Source: Escherichia coli
Lineage (GTDB): Bacteria > Pseudomonadota > Gammaproteobacteria > Enterobacterales > Enterobacteriaceae
Length of the DNA stretch: 64,000 bases
Direction: 5' to 3' (one strand)
Assembly (NCBI RefSeq): GCF_048403405.1
Contig: NZ_CP183129.1
Part shown: positions 11,185-23,458 of the stretch, piece by piece
How the letters are laid out: each line of letters begins with the position of its first letter
Numbering within the stretch: position 1 is the first letter of the stretch
Notes under the pieces: model-generated
Seen by the model: only the letters and a program-made list of their open reading frames with translations
The model's database searches: none
What the model was told of the DNA's origin: nothing
Made by a program: the position numbers and the translations under genes

Positions 11185-14100
11185 TTAGTCAAACGGCGGT
11201 GGGGCCAGCACTTCACGATTACCGTTGTGCCCCTGTTCGCTGACAATCCCCTGCGCTTCCATCTGTTCGATAATACGCGCTGCACGGTTATAACCAATGC
11301 GGAACTGACGCTGTACGCCAGAAATTGATGCTTTGCGTTTTTCAGTGACAAACTGCACCGCCTGATCGAACAACGGATCCAGCTCTTCAGCGCCATCGAA
11401 ACCGCCCGCGCCACCTTCGCTTTCGCTGTCGGAGGTGATGCCATCAACATACTGTGGGCGACCACGCGCTTTCCAGTCCTGCACCACGGCATGAACTTCC
11501 TGATCGCGAACAAAAGCACCATGAACACGTACCGGCAACGTGGAGTTCGGCCCAGAGTAAAGCATATCCCCCATACCCAGTAGTGATTCCGCGCCAGCCT
11601 GATCAAGAATGGTACGTGAGTCAATCTTACTGGATACGGTAAAGGCGATACGGGTCGGAATATTCGCTTTAATCAGACCAGTAATAACATCAACCGATGG
11701 ACGCTGCGTTGCCAGTACGAGGTGGATACCCGCGGCACGGGCTTTTTGCGCCAGACGTGCTATCAGCTCTTCCACTTTTTTACCTACCGTCATCATCAGG
11801 TCGGCAAATTCGTCCACCAACACCACAATGTACGGTTCTTTTTTCAGCACCGGATGCTGGGCATCCATACTGTCACCCGGCTTCCAGTACGGGTCTGGAA
11901 TCGGACGCATCATCCTATCGGCTTCAGCAATTTTTTCGTTATAACCCGCCAGATTACGCACACCCAGCGCAGACATCAGTTTATAACGACGCTCCATCTC
12001 GTTAACACACCAGCGCAGCGCGTTGGCGGCATCTTTCATATCAGTAACGACTTCCGTTAACAGATGCGGGATGCCTTCATAAACCGAAAGCTCCAGCATT
12101 TTCGGGTCGATCATGATGAAACGCACATCTTCTGGCTGTGCTTTATAAAGCATGCTCAGGATCATCGCGTTCACACCGACAGACTTACCGGAACCGGTAG
12201 TCCCCGCAACCAACAAGTGCGGCATTTTCGCCAGATCGGCAACCACCGGCTCACCGGCGATATCTTTACCCAGCACCACGGTTAATGGCGACGGATTATC
12301 GCGGAATTTGGCGTTATCCAAAACTTCGCGCAGATATACGGTTTGTCGTTTTTTATTCGGTAACTCCAGACCTACATAGGGTTTGCCAGGAATAACTTCA
12401 ACGACACGCACCGCCACCGTCGAAAGTGAACGGGCAAGGTCCCGTGACAAGTTAGAAATGCGCGCCGCTTTTACGCCAGGAGCCAGGTTAAGTTCAAAGC
12501 GAGTGATAACTGGCCCCGGAGAGTAATTGACGACATCGGCTTTAATACGGAAATCAGCCAGACGCGCTTCCACCAGACGCGCCATTTGTTCAAGCGCAAA
12601 GGTATCTACCGGCTCCACTTCGCTCGGCGGAGGTGTCAACAAATCCAAAGAAGGCAGCGGCGTCGTCGGTTTATGCAACGGACGGCTGTCGCCATTACGC
12701 ATCAACAGCGGATGAAGCAGGGTATCCTGCGGCTGTGGCGCAACTGGCTGTTGCGGCTGCGGCGCAACCGGCTGTTGCGGCTGCTGATACTGCGGCTGCT
12801 GTGCAACCGGCTGTTGTGGCTGCTGATATTGCTGCTGCGGTGCAACCGGCTGTTGCGGCTGCTGATACTGCGGCTGCGGCGCAACTGGTTGCTGCGGCTG
12901 CTGATAATGTTGCTGCGGTGCAATCGGTTGTTGCGGCTGCTGTACAGGTTCAACAATTGGCGTAAACAACGGTTCGTGTGGACCATCATCCAGCAACGCT
13001 TTCATTGGCGAAAATTCAAAATCATCCAGCGAGAACGGATTCGCCCCAGCCGGTTGTTCGCCGGAATAACGTTGTTGTTGAGTTTGCGCAAACTGACGAG
13101 CCAGTTCAGCCTCTGCCGCAGCATCTGCATCTTCTGCGTTTACGGGCACATCATGTTGATACTGTTCGCCATAGCGTTGCTGCTGTGTCTGGGCGAACTG
13201 ACGTGCCAGTTCATCCTGCTGCATCGCATCGATTTCATCATCGTTGTACTGATCGCCAGAATCGTACTGATTGCGCTGGGCTTCACGGGCTTTTTCTTCC
13301 GCCGCACGCTGTGAGGGCAGCTTAATACCGTAAGACGCCAATTCACGACGAGTTGGCACGCGGATACGTTTCGGTCGTGGCAACTGCGGGCCAATCCCCT
13401 CTTTGACCTGCGGACGCGGTCCACCGCTATTTGCCAGACTGAAGACTGGCGCGGCAACGGTTGCGGCAGCCCCCGTCGCCAGTGTCGCTTTTTTCACGCC
13501 AGATGCCAGCGGAGAAACAGCGGCAGCGGCTTCTACTGGAGGTACTGCTGCAACAGAAGGTGCTTTCAGCGAAGATTTGATCGGTTCTGGTTCTTTAACC
13601 GGTTCTGGAATCGGTTGATACCAGGCCGCAAGTTGTTCACGTTCACGGGCTCGCTTCTCTTCCACTTCTTCAAAGTAGTAAAGCGGCGGACGCGCGGGTT
13701 TTGTCTCTTCTACAACGGGTTCAGGCTCCACAACAGGCTGCTGTTCAACGGGTTGCGGCTGTTGGTACAACGGCTCCTGAGCGGCTGGCTGCTGATAAGT
13801 TTGCTCAGTCTGGTATGTAGACTGTGGAGCAAAAGTGGATTGCTGCTCTTCGGCTTGCCAGGCGTTACCTGCCACCGATTGTTCTGGCGCAGGGGCGTAA
13901 TACGGCTGTTGCGCAGACTGTTCCGGCGCAGGGGCGTAATACGACTGTTGCGCAGACTGTTCCGGCGCAGTTGCGTAATGCGGTTGCTGAACAGGTTGTT
14001 CAGCTGCAGGCGCATAATACGGCTGCTGTGGCTGTACAGGTTGTTGCAGCGGCTCATTATATTGCACTGCAGGCTGCGCATATTGTGGCTGCTGTGGGTA

Positions 14101-15237
14101 ACCTTCCGGTGCAGGAGCAATAACCGGCTCTCCCGTTTGTGGCCCCGGTACAGGCTGCCAGGCTACTGTAGGTTGTGCAGGTGGAACATCAACAGAGGCA
14201 ACAGGCGGCGTCTGAGTCACAGGTTCAACCGGCGCAGCCCAGCTTTGTGTCGCCGTGGTAGCAGCAGCTGCTACAGCAACAGGTTCGGTAATTGGCGCAC
14301 CGTTTAATAATGGATCGTATTCGTCATATTCTGGCTGCGTTGCACGATTGCCCGAAAAGAGGACGTCGTCCGGGTCGGCAGCCACACCGCGTGCAGTGTA
14401 GGTAATCTCTTCTTCATCATCCATCCGCTTACCGGAGAACAACGCAGCATCTGTTTGCCGCCCCATCGGATTAATGAATTTTTCCGCCAACCGTTTACGA
14501 CGCGCTAGCGCGCCGCGAAGAATACGGGCACGGCGTGATTCATGCTGTTTGCCGTGATTTTCATCTTCGTATTCTTCGTCGTCTTCATACTCATCTTCAT
14601 CGACCCAGGTATCATCGCGACGGGTACGATTACTGGCGAAGGTGAGAATATTTAAAATCCAGCCGCCGAGTTTTTCAGCAATGGTCACCCATGACCAACC
14701 GGTGAACAGCGTCAGGCCCGCTGCCCAAACGCAGAGCAGCGCAATAGTTCCCCCGCTACTGTGTAGCAGTGGTTGTAGCGTAGTGCTTAGTAAGCTGCCA
14801 ATGACGCCACCGGAGGCAAAATACCAGATATCGTCAGCGTTGATTGCCGCCAGACCACAGGAGGTAAGGATGAGCGCCAAAACGCCAATGATGCGTAGCG
14901 AAACGGCAAAATAATCAATGTATTCGTCGCTGGACTGATGACGCCAGGCAAACCAACAACCGCCGACAATAATGACGGGAATGGTGTAAGCCATCACGCC
15001 AAAAATAAAGAACAGCGTATCTGCCAGCCACGCACCGGGCATCCCACCTAAATTATGGATAGGTTCATGCCAGGCCGTTTGCGACCAGCTGGGGTCCGAA
15101 GGGTTAAAGCTTAGTAAGGCAGCCATCAACCAGACGGCAAACAGGACAATAAGGATCAGCAACGCCTCCAGAAGGCGGCGGCCGCTACTTAACTTTGTCA
15201 ATGTGACTTCTTTGTCTTCAGTGTATTCCTGGCTCAA
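11185..15237 (-). CDS. ftsK: DNA translocase FtsK
   Basis: 1350 aa; N-terminal membrane domain, long Pro/Gln-rich linker encoded by tandem DNA repeats, C-terminal Walker-A motor domain (GTTGSGKS). Confidence 0.95.
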   Translation of the reverse strand: MSQEYTEDKEVTLTKLSSGRRLLEALLILIVLFAVWLMAALLSFNPSDPSWSQTAWHEPIHNLGGMPGAWLADTLFFIFGVMAYTIPVIIVGGCWFAWRHQSSDEYIDYFAVSLRIIGVLALILTSCGLAAINADDIWYFASGGVIGSLLSTTLQPLLHSSGGTIALLCVWAAGLTLFTGWSWVTIAEKLGGWILNILTFASNRTRRDDTWVDEDEYEDDEEYEDENHGKQHESRRARILRGALARRKRLAEKFINPMGRQTDAALFSGKRMDDEEEITYTARGVAADPDDVLFSGNRATQPEYDEYDPLLNGAPITEPVAVAAAATTATQSWAAPVEPVTQTPPVASVDVPPAQPTVAWQPVPGPQTGEPVIAPAPEGYPQQPQYAQPAVQYNEPLQQPVQPQQPYYAPAAEQPVQQPHYATAPEQSAQQSYYAPAPEQSAQQPYYAPAPEQSVAGNAWQAEEQQSTFAPQSTYQTEQTYQQPAAQEPLYQQPQPVEQQPVVEPEPVVEETKPARPPLYYFEEVEEKRAREREQLAAWYQPIPEPVKEPEPIKSSLKAPSVAAVPPVEAAAAVSPLASGVKKATLATGAAATVAAPVFSLANSGGPRPQVKEGIGPQLPRPKRIRVPTRRELASYGIKLPSQRAAEEKAREAQRNQYDSGDQYNDDEIDAMQQDELARQFAQTQQQRYGEQYQHDVPVNAEDADAAAEAELARQFAQTQQQRYSGEQPAGANPFSLDDFEFSPMKALLDDGPHEPLFTPIVEPVQQPQQPIAPQQHYQQPQQPVAPQPQYQQPQQPVAPQQQYQQPQQPVAQQPQYQQPQQPVAPQPQQPVAPQPQDTLLHPLLMRNGDSRPLHKPTTPLPSLDLLTPPPSEVEPVDTFALEQMARLVEARLADFRIKADVVNYSPGPVITRFELNLAPGVKAARISNLSRDLARSLSTVAVRVVEVIPGKPYVGLELPNKKRQTVYLREVLDNAKFRDNPSPLTVVLGKDIAGEPVVADLAKMPHLLVAGTTGSGKSVGVNAMILSMLYKAQPEDVRFIMIDPKMLELSVYEGIPHLLTEVVTDMKDAANALRWCVNEMERRYKLMSALGVRNLAGYNEKIAEADRMMRPIPDPYWKPGDSMDAQHPVLKKEPYIVVLVDEFADLMMTVGKKVEELIARLAQKARAAGIHLVLATQRPSVDVITGLIKANIPTRIAFTVSSKIDSRTILDQAGAESLLGMGDMLYSGPNSTLPVRVHGAFVRDQEVHAVVQDWKARGRPQYVDGITSDSESEGGAGGFDGAEELDPLFDQAVQFVTEKRKASISGVQRQFRIGYNRAARIIEQMEAQGIVSEQGHNGNREVLAPPPFD

Positions 15238-15371
15238 GAAAGGCTCTCCAGGTTACAGGCTTTTCCTGCCCGATGCTAAAACGGACAACAGTACCAGGTT
15301 ACCCCAGTACTGTTGCTGTATGGATTAACAGGAGTGTAATCAAAATACGCCGATTTTGCACCTGTTCCGTG

Positions 15372-15866
15372 TTAGCGCGTCTTAATAACCAGACGATTAC
15401 TCTGCTTAACTTCTTCCATAACAACGTATGTCCGTGTGTCATTGACGCCAGGCAGACGCAGCAGGGTTTCCCCCAACAACTTACGGTAAGCTGACATATC
15501 CGGCACGCGTGTTTTCAACAGGTAGTCGAAATCACCGGATACTAAATGACACTCCTGAATTTCTTCAAGTTTTTGTACAGCGGTATTGAATTGTTCAAAC
15601 ACATCCGGTGCGCCACGATTCAGAGTAATCTCAACGAATACCAGAAGTGATGCATCCAGATAATGAGGGTTCAGCAGCGCCGTATAGCCCTGAATAAACC
15701 CTTGTCTTTCCAGCCGACGCACACGCTCAAGGCACGGCGTTGGGGAAAGTCCCACACGTTTAGAAAGCTCGACGTTAGAAATACGCCCATCCTTTTGCAA
15801 CTCATTAAGAATGTTACGATCGATACGGTCGAGATCTTTGCCAGGGCGCTTCTTGCTATCTACCAT
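15372..15866 (-). CDS. lrp: Leucine-responsive regulatory protein
   Basis: Start moved to MVDSKKRPGKDLDRIDRNIL..., giving 164 aa as in Lrp; AsnC-type HTH. Confidence 0.95.
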   Translation of the reverse strand: MVDSKKRPGKDLDRIDRNILNELQKDGRISNVELSKRVGLSPTPCLERVRRLERQGFIQGYTALLNPHYLDASLLVFVEITLNRGAPDVFEQFNTAVQKLEEIQECHLVSGDFDYLLKTRVPDMSAYRKLLGETLLRLPGVNDTRTYVVMEEVKQSNRLVIKTR

Positions 15867-16293
15867 TATTATTGTCTCTCTGTATTCCTTCCCTACTCCT
15901 GTCTGACCCTGAAACATCACTGTTCAGAGTCGCTACCCGTCACGATAGACCGAAATCATGAAGATTCACGGCGCGCAATGCCTGGGTCTACGGTGAGAAG
16001 ACCGTTGCCTTGTGGCAGCTATCGACATCACGAATGGCGTCTGTCCACGCCATACGTAGATTTCACTAGCACGGTAAACATGGTATTTACATGCATGGTT
16101 ATGCGCATATAAGAATACTGTTTTTTTTCTTCCTCGAATGTTTTCGCAAAACACCAGGGGATTGTCAAAGCAAAACATCGATTTTTAGTACAACATGCCA
16201 GATATTCATTACCAGGGGCGTTTATTCATCATTTAATCGGCTTATAAAGCGGGAAATTTAAGTAGCAGAGGTGATAATGACGGGAGAATTTGA

Positions 16294-17376
<1,083 letters not shown>

Positions 17377-17404
17377 TTTTACAAATCAGTAACAAAAGTA
17401 AAGA

Positions 17405-17441
17405 AGGCGACACCATGCGACTATGGGTCGCCTTTATTTTT
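17405..17441 (+). terminator. Rho-independent terminator after trxB
   Basis: Hairpin aggcgacaccatgcgactatgggtcgcct followed by a T-run. Confidence 0.65.
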
Positions 17442-17498
17442 TCCTCGTTGTAACATTGCTCTGCAAATAATTCTGATAACTCACCTGCTAAGCGTGCA

Positions 17499-19265
17499 AT
17501 GAATAAATCCCGTCAAAAAGAGTTAACCCGCTGGTTAAAACAGCAAAGCGTCATCTCCCAACGTTGGCTGAATATTTCTCGTCTGCTGGGCTTTGTGAGC
17601 GGCATATTGATCATTGCCCAGGCCTGGTTCATGGCGCGAATTCTGCAACATATGATTATGGAGAATATTCCCCGTGAAGCCCTGCTGCTTCCCTTTACGT
17701 TACTGGTTCTGACCTTTGTACTGCGCGCATGGGTGGTCTGGTTACGCGAACGGGTGGGTTATCACGCCGGGCAGCATATCCGCTTTGCCATCCGCCGTCA
17801 GGTTCTCGACCGTCTGCAACAAGCAGGGCCAGCGTGGATTCAGGGTAAACCGGCGGGGAGCTGGGCGACGCTGGTACTCGAGCAAATTGACGATATGCAT
17901 GATTACTATGCACGCTACCTGCCGCAAATGGCGCTGGCAGTGTCGGTGCCGTTGCTGATTGTGGTGGCTATCTTCCCCTCTAACTGGGCTGCGGCGCTGA
18001 TTCTGCTGGGCACTGCTCCGTTAATTCCGTTGTTTATGGCGCTGGTTGGAATGGGGGCTGCCGATGCTAACCGACGTAACTTTCTCGCTCTTGCTCGCTT
18101 AAGTGGGCATTTTCTCGATCGCCTGCGCGGCATGGAAACATTGCGTATTTTTGGTCGTGGTGAAGCTGAAATTGAAAGTATTCGTTCTGCTTCGGAAGAT
18201 TTCCGCCAACGGACAATGGAAGTGCTACGGCTGGCGTTTTTATCCTCCGGCATTCTCGAATTTTTTACCTCGCTGTCAATTGCTCTGGTGGCGGTCTACT
18301 TTGGTTTTTCCTATCTCGGCGAGCTGGATTTTGGTCACTACGATACTGGCGTGACGCTGGCTGCGGGTTTTCTGGCCCTGATCCTTGCGCCGGAGTTTTT
18401 CCAGCCATTACGCGATCTCGGTACGTTTTATCATGCTAAAGCCCAGGCTGTTGGTGCAGCTGACAGTTTGAAAACGTTTATGGAAACCCCGCTTGCCCAT
18501 CCGCAGCGTGGTGAGGCGGAATTAGCATCGACCGATCCGGTGACCATTGAAGCCGAGGAGCTGTTTATTACATCACCAGAAGGTAAAACGCTGGCCGGAC
18601 CGCTGAACTTTACTTTGCCAGCAGGCCAACGTGCCGTGTTGGTTGGTCGCAGCGGTTCAGGTAAAAGCTCACTGCTGAACGCGCTTTCTGGTTTTCTCTC
18701 ATATCAGGGATCGCTACGAATCAACGGGATAGAATTACGCGATTTATCACCGGAATCATGGCGTAAACATCTCTCCTGGGTTGGGCAAAACCCACAATTA
18801 CCAGCAGCAACACTACGGGATAACGTACTACTGGCACGACCTGATGCCAGCGAACACGAGTTACAAACAGCGCTGGATAACGCCTGGGTCAGTGAGTTTC
18901 TACCGCTCCTGCCACAAGGCGTTGATACGCCTGTTGGCGACCAGGCTGCCCGCCTTTCCGTGGGGCAGGCACAGCGCGTGGCGGTGGCCCGAGCATTACT
19001 AAATCCCTGTTCGCTATTACTGTTGGATGAACCCGCTGCCAGCCTTGATGCTCACAGTGAACAGCGCGTAATGGAGGCGCTTAATGCCGCCTCTCTGCGC
19101 CAGACAACGTTAATGGTCACCCACCAGTTAGAAGATCTTGCTGACTGGGATGTCATTTGGGTAATGCAGGATGGTCAGATTATTGAGCAAGGACGTTACG
19201 CGGAATTAAGTGTGGCTGGTGGTCCTTTCTCCACATTACTGGCCCATCGTCAGGAGGAGATTTAA
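17499..19265 (+). CDS. cydD: Glutathione/cysteine ABC exporter subunit CydD
   Basis: 588 aa; N-terminal transmembrane domain plus C-terminal ABC ATPase (GRSGSGKSS); abuts cydC with no gap. Confidence 0.95.
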   Translation: MNKSRQKELTRWLKQQSVISQRWLNISRLLGFVSGILIIAQAWFMARILQHMIMENIPREALLLPFTLLVLTFVLRAWVVWLRERVGYHAGQHIRFAIRRQVLDRLQQAGPAWIQGKPAGSWATLVLEQIDDMHDYYARYLPQMALAVSVPLLIVVAIFPSNWAAALILLGTAPLIPLFMALVGMGAADANRRNFLALARLSGHFLDRLRGMETLRIFGRGEAEIESIRSASEDFRQRTMEVLRLAFLSSGILEFFTSLSIALVAVYFGFSYLGELDFGHYDTGVTLAAGFLALILAPEFFQPLRDLGTFYHAKAQAVGAADSLKTFMETPLAHPQRGEAELASTDPVTIEAEELFITSPEGKTLAGPLNFTLPAGQRAVLVGRSGSGKSSLLNALSGFLSYQGSLRINGIELRDLSPESWRKHLSWVGQNPQLPAATLRDNVLLARPDASEHELQTALDNAWVSEFLPLLPQGVDTPVGDQAARLSVGQAQRVAVARALLNPCSLLLLDEPAASLDAHSEQRVMEALNAASLRQTTLMVTHQLEDLADWDVIWVMQDGQIIEQGRYAELSVAGGPFSTLLAHRQEEI

Positions 19266-20987
19266 ATGCGCGCTTTGCTACCCTATCTGGCACTGTATAA
19301 ACGTCATAAATGGATGTTAAGTCTTGGTATTGTGCTGGCAATTGTCACGCTGCTCGCCAGTATCGGTCTGTTGACACTTTCCGGCTGGTTCCTCTCGGCC
19401 TCAGCGGTAGCGGGGGTTGCCGGACTGTACAGCTTCAACTATATGCTACCCGCTGCGGGCGTGCGTGGTGCAGCAATCACCCGTACTGCCGGGCGCTATT
19501 TTGAACGTCTGGTAAGTCACGACGCGACTTTCCGCGTGTTGCAGCATCTGCGCATTTACACCTTCAGCAAATTGCTGCCCCTCTCCCCTGCCGGACTGGC
19601 GCGCTATCGTCAGGGCGAATTGCTCAACCGCGTGGTGGCGGATGTTGATACGCTCGATCATCTTTACCTGCGCGTTATCTCGCCGCTGGTGGGCGCTTTT
19701 GTGGTGATTATGGTGGTGACAATCGGGTTAAGTTTCCTTGATTTCACCCTCGCCTTTACGCTGGGCGGCATTATGTTACTGACGCTTTTCCTGATGCCAC
19801 CGCTGTTTTATCGTGCGGGAAAAAGCACCGGGCAAAATCTGACTCATCTTCGCGGGCAGTATCGCCAACAACTGACGGCCTGGCTGCAAGGGCAAGCTGA
19901 GCTGACCATTTTTGGTGCCAGCGATCGTTATCGCAAGCAGTTAGAGAATACCGAAATTCAGTGGCTGGAAGCGCAACGCCGTCAATCTGAACTCACCGCA
20001 TTGTCGCAAGCGATAATGCTGCTCATTGGCGCGTTAGCGGTGATCCTGATGCTGTGGATGGCGTCTGGCGGCGTTGGCGGCAATGCTCAACCCGGCGCGT
20101 TAATTGCCCTGTTTGTCTTCTGCGCGTTAGCCGCGTTTGAAGCACTGGCACCAGTAACGGGTGCATTTCAGCATCTGGGGCAAGTCATTGCCTCTGCCGT
20201 ACGGATCACTGACTTAACGGATCAAAAACCGGAGGTCACCTTCCCTGATACCCAAACTCGTGTTGTCGATCGCGTTTCGCTGACGTTACGGGATGTTCAG
20301 TTCACTTATCCGGAGCAATCCCAACAGGCACTTAAAGGGATTTCTCTTCAGGTAAACGCCGGGGAACATATAGCGATTCTCGGGCGAACCGGATGCGGCA
20401 AATCAACACTGTTACAACTGCTGACCCGCGCATGGGACCCGCAACAGGGCGAGATTTTGCTTAACGGTAGCCCCATAGCCAGCCTGAATGAAGCGACTCT
20501 ACGACAGACCATCAGCGTTGTTCCTCAGCGAGTGCATCTGTTTAGCGCCACGCTGCGTGATAATCTGTTACTCGCCTCGCCTGGCAGTAGTGATGAGGCT
20601 CTGGCGGAGATCTTACGTCGCGTTGGTCTGGAGAAGCTGCTCGAGGATGCAGGTCTCAACAGTTGGTTAGGTGAAGGCGGACGCCAGCTCTCCGGTGGTG
20701 AACTGCGCCGTCTGGCTATCGCCCGTGCGCTGTTACATGATGCGCCACTGGTACTGCTGGACGAGCCTACAGAAGGCTTAGATGCCACAACCGAAAGTCA
20801 GATCCTTGAATTGCTTGCAGAAATGATGCGTGAGAAAACGGTGTTAATGGTCACCCATCGACTTCGCGGACTCTCTCGTTTCCAACAAATAATAGTGATG
20901 GACAACGGGCAAATTATTGAGCAAGGTACTCACGCAGAACTGCTTGCCAGACAGGGGCGTTATTACCAGTTTAAGCAGGGTTTGTAA
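19266..20987 (+). CDS. cydC: Glutathione/cysteine ABC exporter subunit CydC
   Basis: 573 aa; transmembrane domain plus ABC ATPase (GRTGCGKST). Confidence 0.95.
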   Translation: MRALLPYLALYKRHKWMLSLGIVLAIVTLLASIGLLTLSGWFLSASAVAGVAGLYSFNYMLPAAGVRGAAITRTAGRYFERLVSHDATFRVLQHLRIYTFSKLLPLSPAGLARYRQGELLNRVVADVDTLDHLYLRVISPLVGAFVVIMVVTIGLSFLDFTLAFTLGGIMLLTLFLMPPLFYRAGKSTGQNLTHLRGQYRQQLTAWLQGQAELTIFGASDRYRKQLENTEIQWLEAQRRQSELTALSQAIMLLIGALAVILMLWMASGGVGGNAQPGALIALFVFCALAAFEALAPVTGAFQHLGQVIASAVRITDLTDQKPEVTFPDTQTRVVDRVSLTLRDVQFTYPEQSQQALKGISLQVNAGEHIAILGRTGCGKSTLLQLLTRAWDPQQGEILLNGSPIASLNEATLRQTISVVPQRVHLFSATLRDNLLLASPGSSDEALAEILRRVGLEKLLEDAGLNSWLGEGGRQLSGGELRRLAIARALLHDAPLVLLDEPTEGLDATTESQILELLAEMMREKTVLMVTHRLRGLSRFQQIIVMDNGQIIEQGTHAELLARQGRYYQFKQGL

Positions 20988-21028
20988 GCTATTATTGAAC
21001 GATCCGACTTGCGTGGAGTTTTGCGGTC

Positions 21029-21733
21029 ATGCGCCTGGTTCAGCTTTCTCGCCATTCAATAGCCTTCCCTTCCCCGGAAGGCGCATTACGTGAGCCTAAC
21101 GGCCTGCTGGCACTTGGGGGCGATCTTAGCCCTGCACGCCTGTTAATGGCTTACCAGCGTGGTATTTTTCCGTGGTTTTCTCCCGGCGACCCCATCCTCT
21201 GGTGGTCGCCCGATCCCCGCGCGGTGCTTTGGCCTGAATCACTGCATATCAGCCGTAGTATGAAGCGATTTCATAAACGCTCGCCCTATCGTGTCACGAT
21301 GAATTACGCTTTTGGTCAGGTCATTGAAGGCTGTGCCAGCGATCGCGAAGAAGGAACCTGGATCACGCGTGGCGTGGTCGAAGCCTACCATCGCCTTCAC
21401 GAACTCGGTCATGCCCACTCCATTGAAGTCTGGCGTGAAGATGAGCTTGTCGGCGGTATGTACGGCGTGGCCCAGGGAACGCTATTTTGTGGTGAGTCCA
21501 TGTTCAGCCGGATGGAAAATGCGTCTAAAACGGCGCTTCTGGTATTCTGTGAGGAATTTATTGGTCATGGCGGTAAGCTTATCGACTGCCAGGTACTTAA
21601 CGATCACACAGCGTCGCTTGGTGCCTGCGAAATTCCCCGCCGGGATTACCTCAATTATCTCAATCAAATGCGCCTCGGACGATTGCCGAATAATTTCTGG
21701 GTACCACGGTGCTTGTTTTCACCACAAGAATGA
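21029..21733 (+). CDS. aat: Leucyl/phenylalanyl-tRNA-protein transferase
   Basis: 234 aa; synteny cydC-aat-infA. Confidence 0.93.
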
Positions 21734-22014
21734 ATGTTTTCGGCACATTTCTCCCCAGAGTGTTATAATTGCGGTCGCAGAGTTGGTTACGCTCATTACC
21801 CCGCTGCCGATAAGGAATTTTTCGCGTCAGGTAACGCCCATCGTTTATCTCACCGCTCCCTTATACGTTGCGCTTTTGGTGCGGCTTAGCCGTGTGTTTT
21901 CGGAGTAATGTGCCGAACCTGTTTGTTGCGATTTAGCGCGCAAATCTTTACTTATTTACAGAACTTCGGCATTATCTTGCCGGTTCAAATTACGGTAGTG
22001 ATACCCCAGAGGAT

Positions 22015-22236
<222 letters not shown>

Positions 22237-22489
22237 TTGTTTTACCGCCTGATGGGCGAAGAGAAAGAACGAGTAAAAGGTCGGTTTAGCCGGCCTTTTT
22301 ATTTTGTGATATGTATGAAGTACTTTGGAAGTATAAATCCATAACTTGTCTCGATGTAGATATACTGCACAACTTGTTTACAGTATGAGCAAACAATAAT
22401 TATCATTAAAATTCTTCTTGACCGTTTTACTCCAACTCCCTATAGTAGCGCCCCGTTGCCACCCATGAGGTTTGGCAGCAAAACAATTT

Positions 22490-22577
22490 GGTGAGGTGTC
22501 CGAGTGGCTGAAGGAGCACGCCTGGAAAGTGTGTATACGGCAACGTATCGGGGGTTCGAATCCCCCCCTCACCGCCA
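22490..22577 (+). tRNA. serW: tRNA-Ser (anticodon GGA)
   Basis: 88-nt sequence GGTGAGGTGTCCGAGTGGCTGAAGG...GGTTCGAATCCCCCCCTCACCGCCA with D-loop, long variable arm, T-loop GGTTCGAAT and an anticodon loop containing GGA. Confidence 0.93.
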
Positions 22578-23160
22578 TATTTAAAGAAAAGCTCGTACGA
22601 AAGTGCGAGCTTTTTTTTTCGCATATTGCACTCCAGGGGGGATGAGAAGCCCCGACCGGGGTTCGACAACTGGCGCAGCCAGTTGGACAGACCACGAACA
22701 CAGTGAGTGGGCTGCCCGCAGGGCGAGCGAAGCGAGTCAATCCCCCCCTCACCGCCATATTCAAAGAAGAGCTCGTACGAAAGTGCGAGCTTTTTTTTCG
22801 CATATTGCACTCCAGGGGGGATGAGAAGCCCCGACCGGGGTTCGACAACTGGCGCAGCCAGTTGGACAGACCACGAACACAGTGAGTGGGCTGCCCGCAG
22901 GGCGAGCGAAGCGAGTCTATCCCCCCCTCACCGCCATATTTAAAGAAAAGCTCGTACGAAAGTGCGAGCTTTTTTTTCGCATATTGCACTCCAGGGGGGA
23001 TGAGAAGCCCCGACCGGGGTTCGACAACTGGCGCAGCCAGTTGGACAGACCACGAACGCAGTGAGTGGGCTGCCCGCAGGGCGAGCGAAGCGAGTCTATC
23101 CCCCCCTCACCGCCATATTCAAAGAAGAGCTCGTACGAAAGTACGAGTTTTTTTTCGCAT
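22561..23160 (+). repeat. Tandem array of about 179-bp units, each ending in a copy of the serW 3' end
   Basis: The 17-mer tccccccctcaccgcca recurs at 22561, 22741, 22920 and 23099 (period 179-180); units are near-identical and alternate between two variants (tatttaaagaaaag / tattcaaagaagag); each carries the terminator hairpin. Confidence 0.85.
22587..22619 (+). terminator. Rho-independent terminator after serW
   Basis: Hairpin GCTCGTAC-gaaa-GTGCGAGC followed by nine T; the same hairpin recurs in every downstream repeat unit. Confidence 0.7.
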
Positions 23161-23458
23161 TTTATCTGCCTGTACGGCAGTAAACGGTATAAAAATCGGG
23201 TTTTTCTTTCGGCTGGCTTTCTAAGCTGCCTGTACGGCAGTGAACTCAAATACTACACGTCTAGCCCGTTGTTAATAAAGCAAAACCATCTCATTTTCCT
23301 GCTACCACCCTTTTTTATCCTTACCTTCCCGCAGCACTAATTATCAACAACTTACCATCATCATCAAAAAAAGGGTCTGAACCTCCTCCACCCCATAAAC
23401 AAAAAGTCCGTAACCTCTTTCGAGATTACGGACTTCACCAACCTACCTAACAATTAGA

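Noticed and set aside
11454-14307. Plus-strand ORFs of up to 242 aa antisense to ftsK, with LLRL/RRN-rich translations
   Set aside because: Low-complexity frames created by the Pro/Gln repeat DNA of the ftsK linker read in reverse; no independent start signals.
22561-23160. Possible CRISPR array at the serW repeats
   Set aside because: Period is about 179 bp with near-identical full-length units and no short repeat/unique-spacer alternation; the repeats contain tRNA-derived sequence and terminators. It is a tandem duplication, not CRISPR.
22237-23458. Possible integrated genomic island or prophage at tRNA-Ser
   Set aside because: Despite att-like tRNA 3'-end copies, there is no integrase or any cargo ORF between serW and clpA; at most these are remnants.
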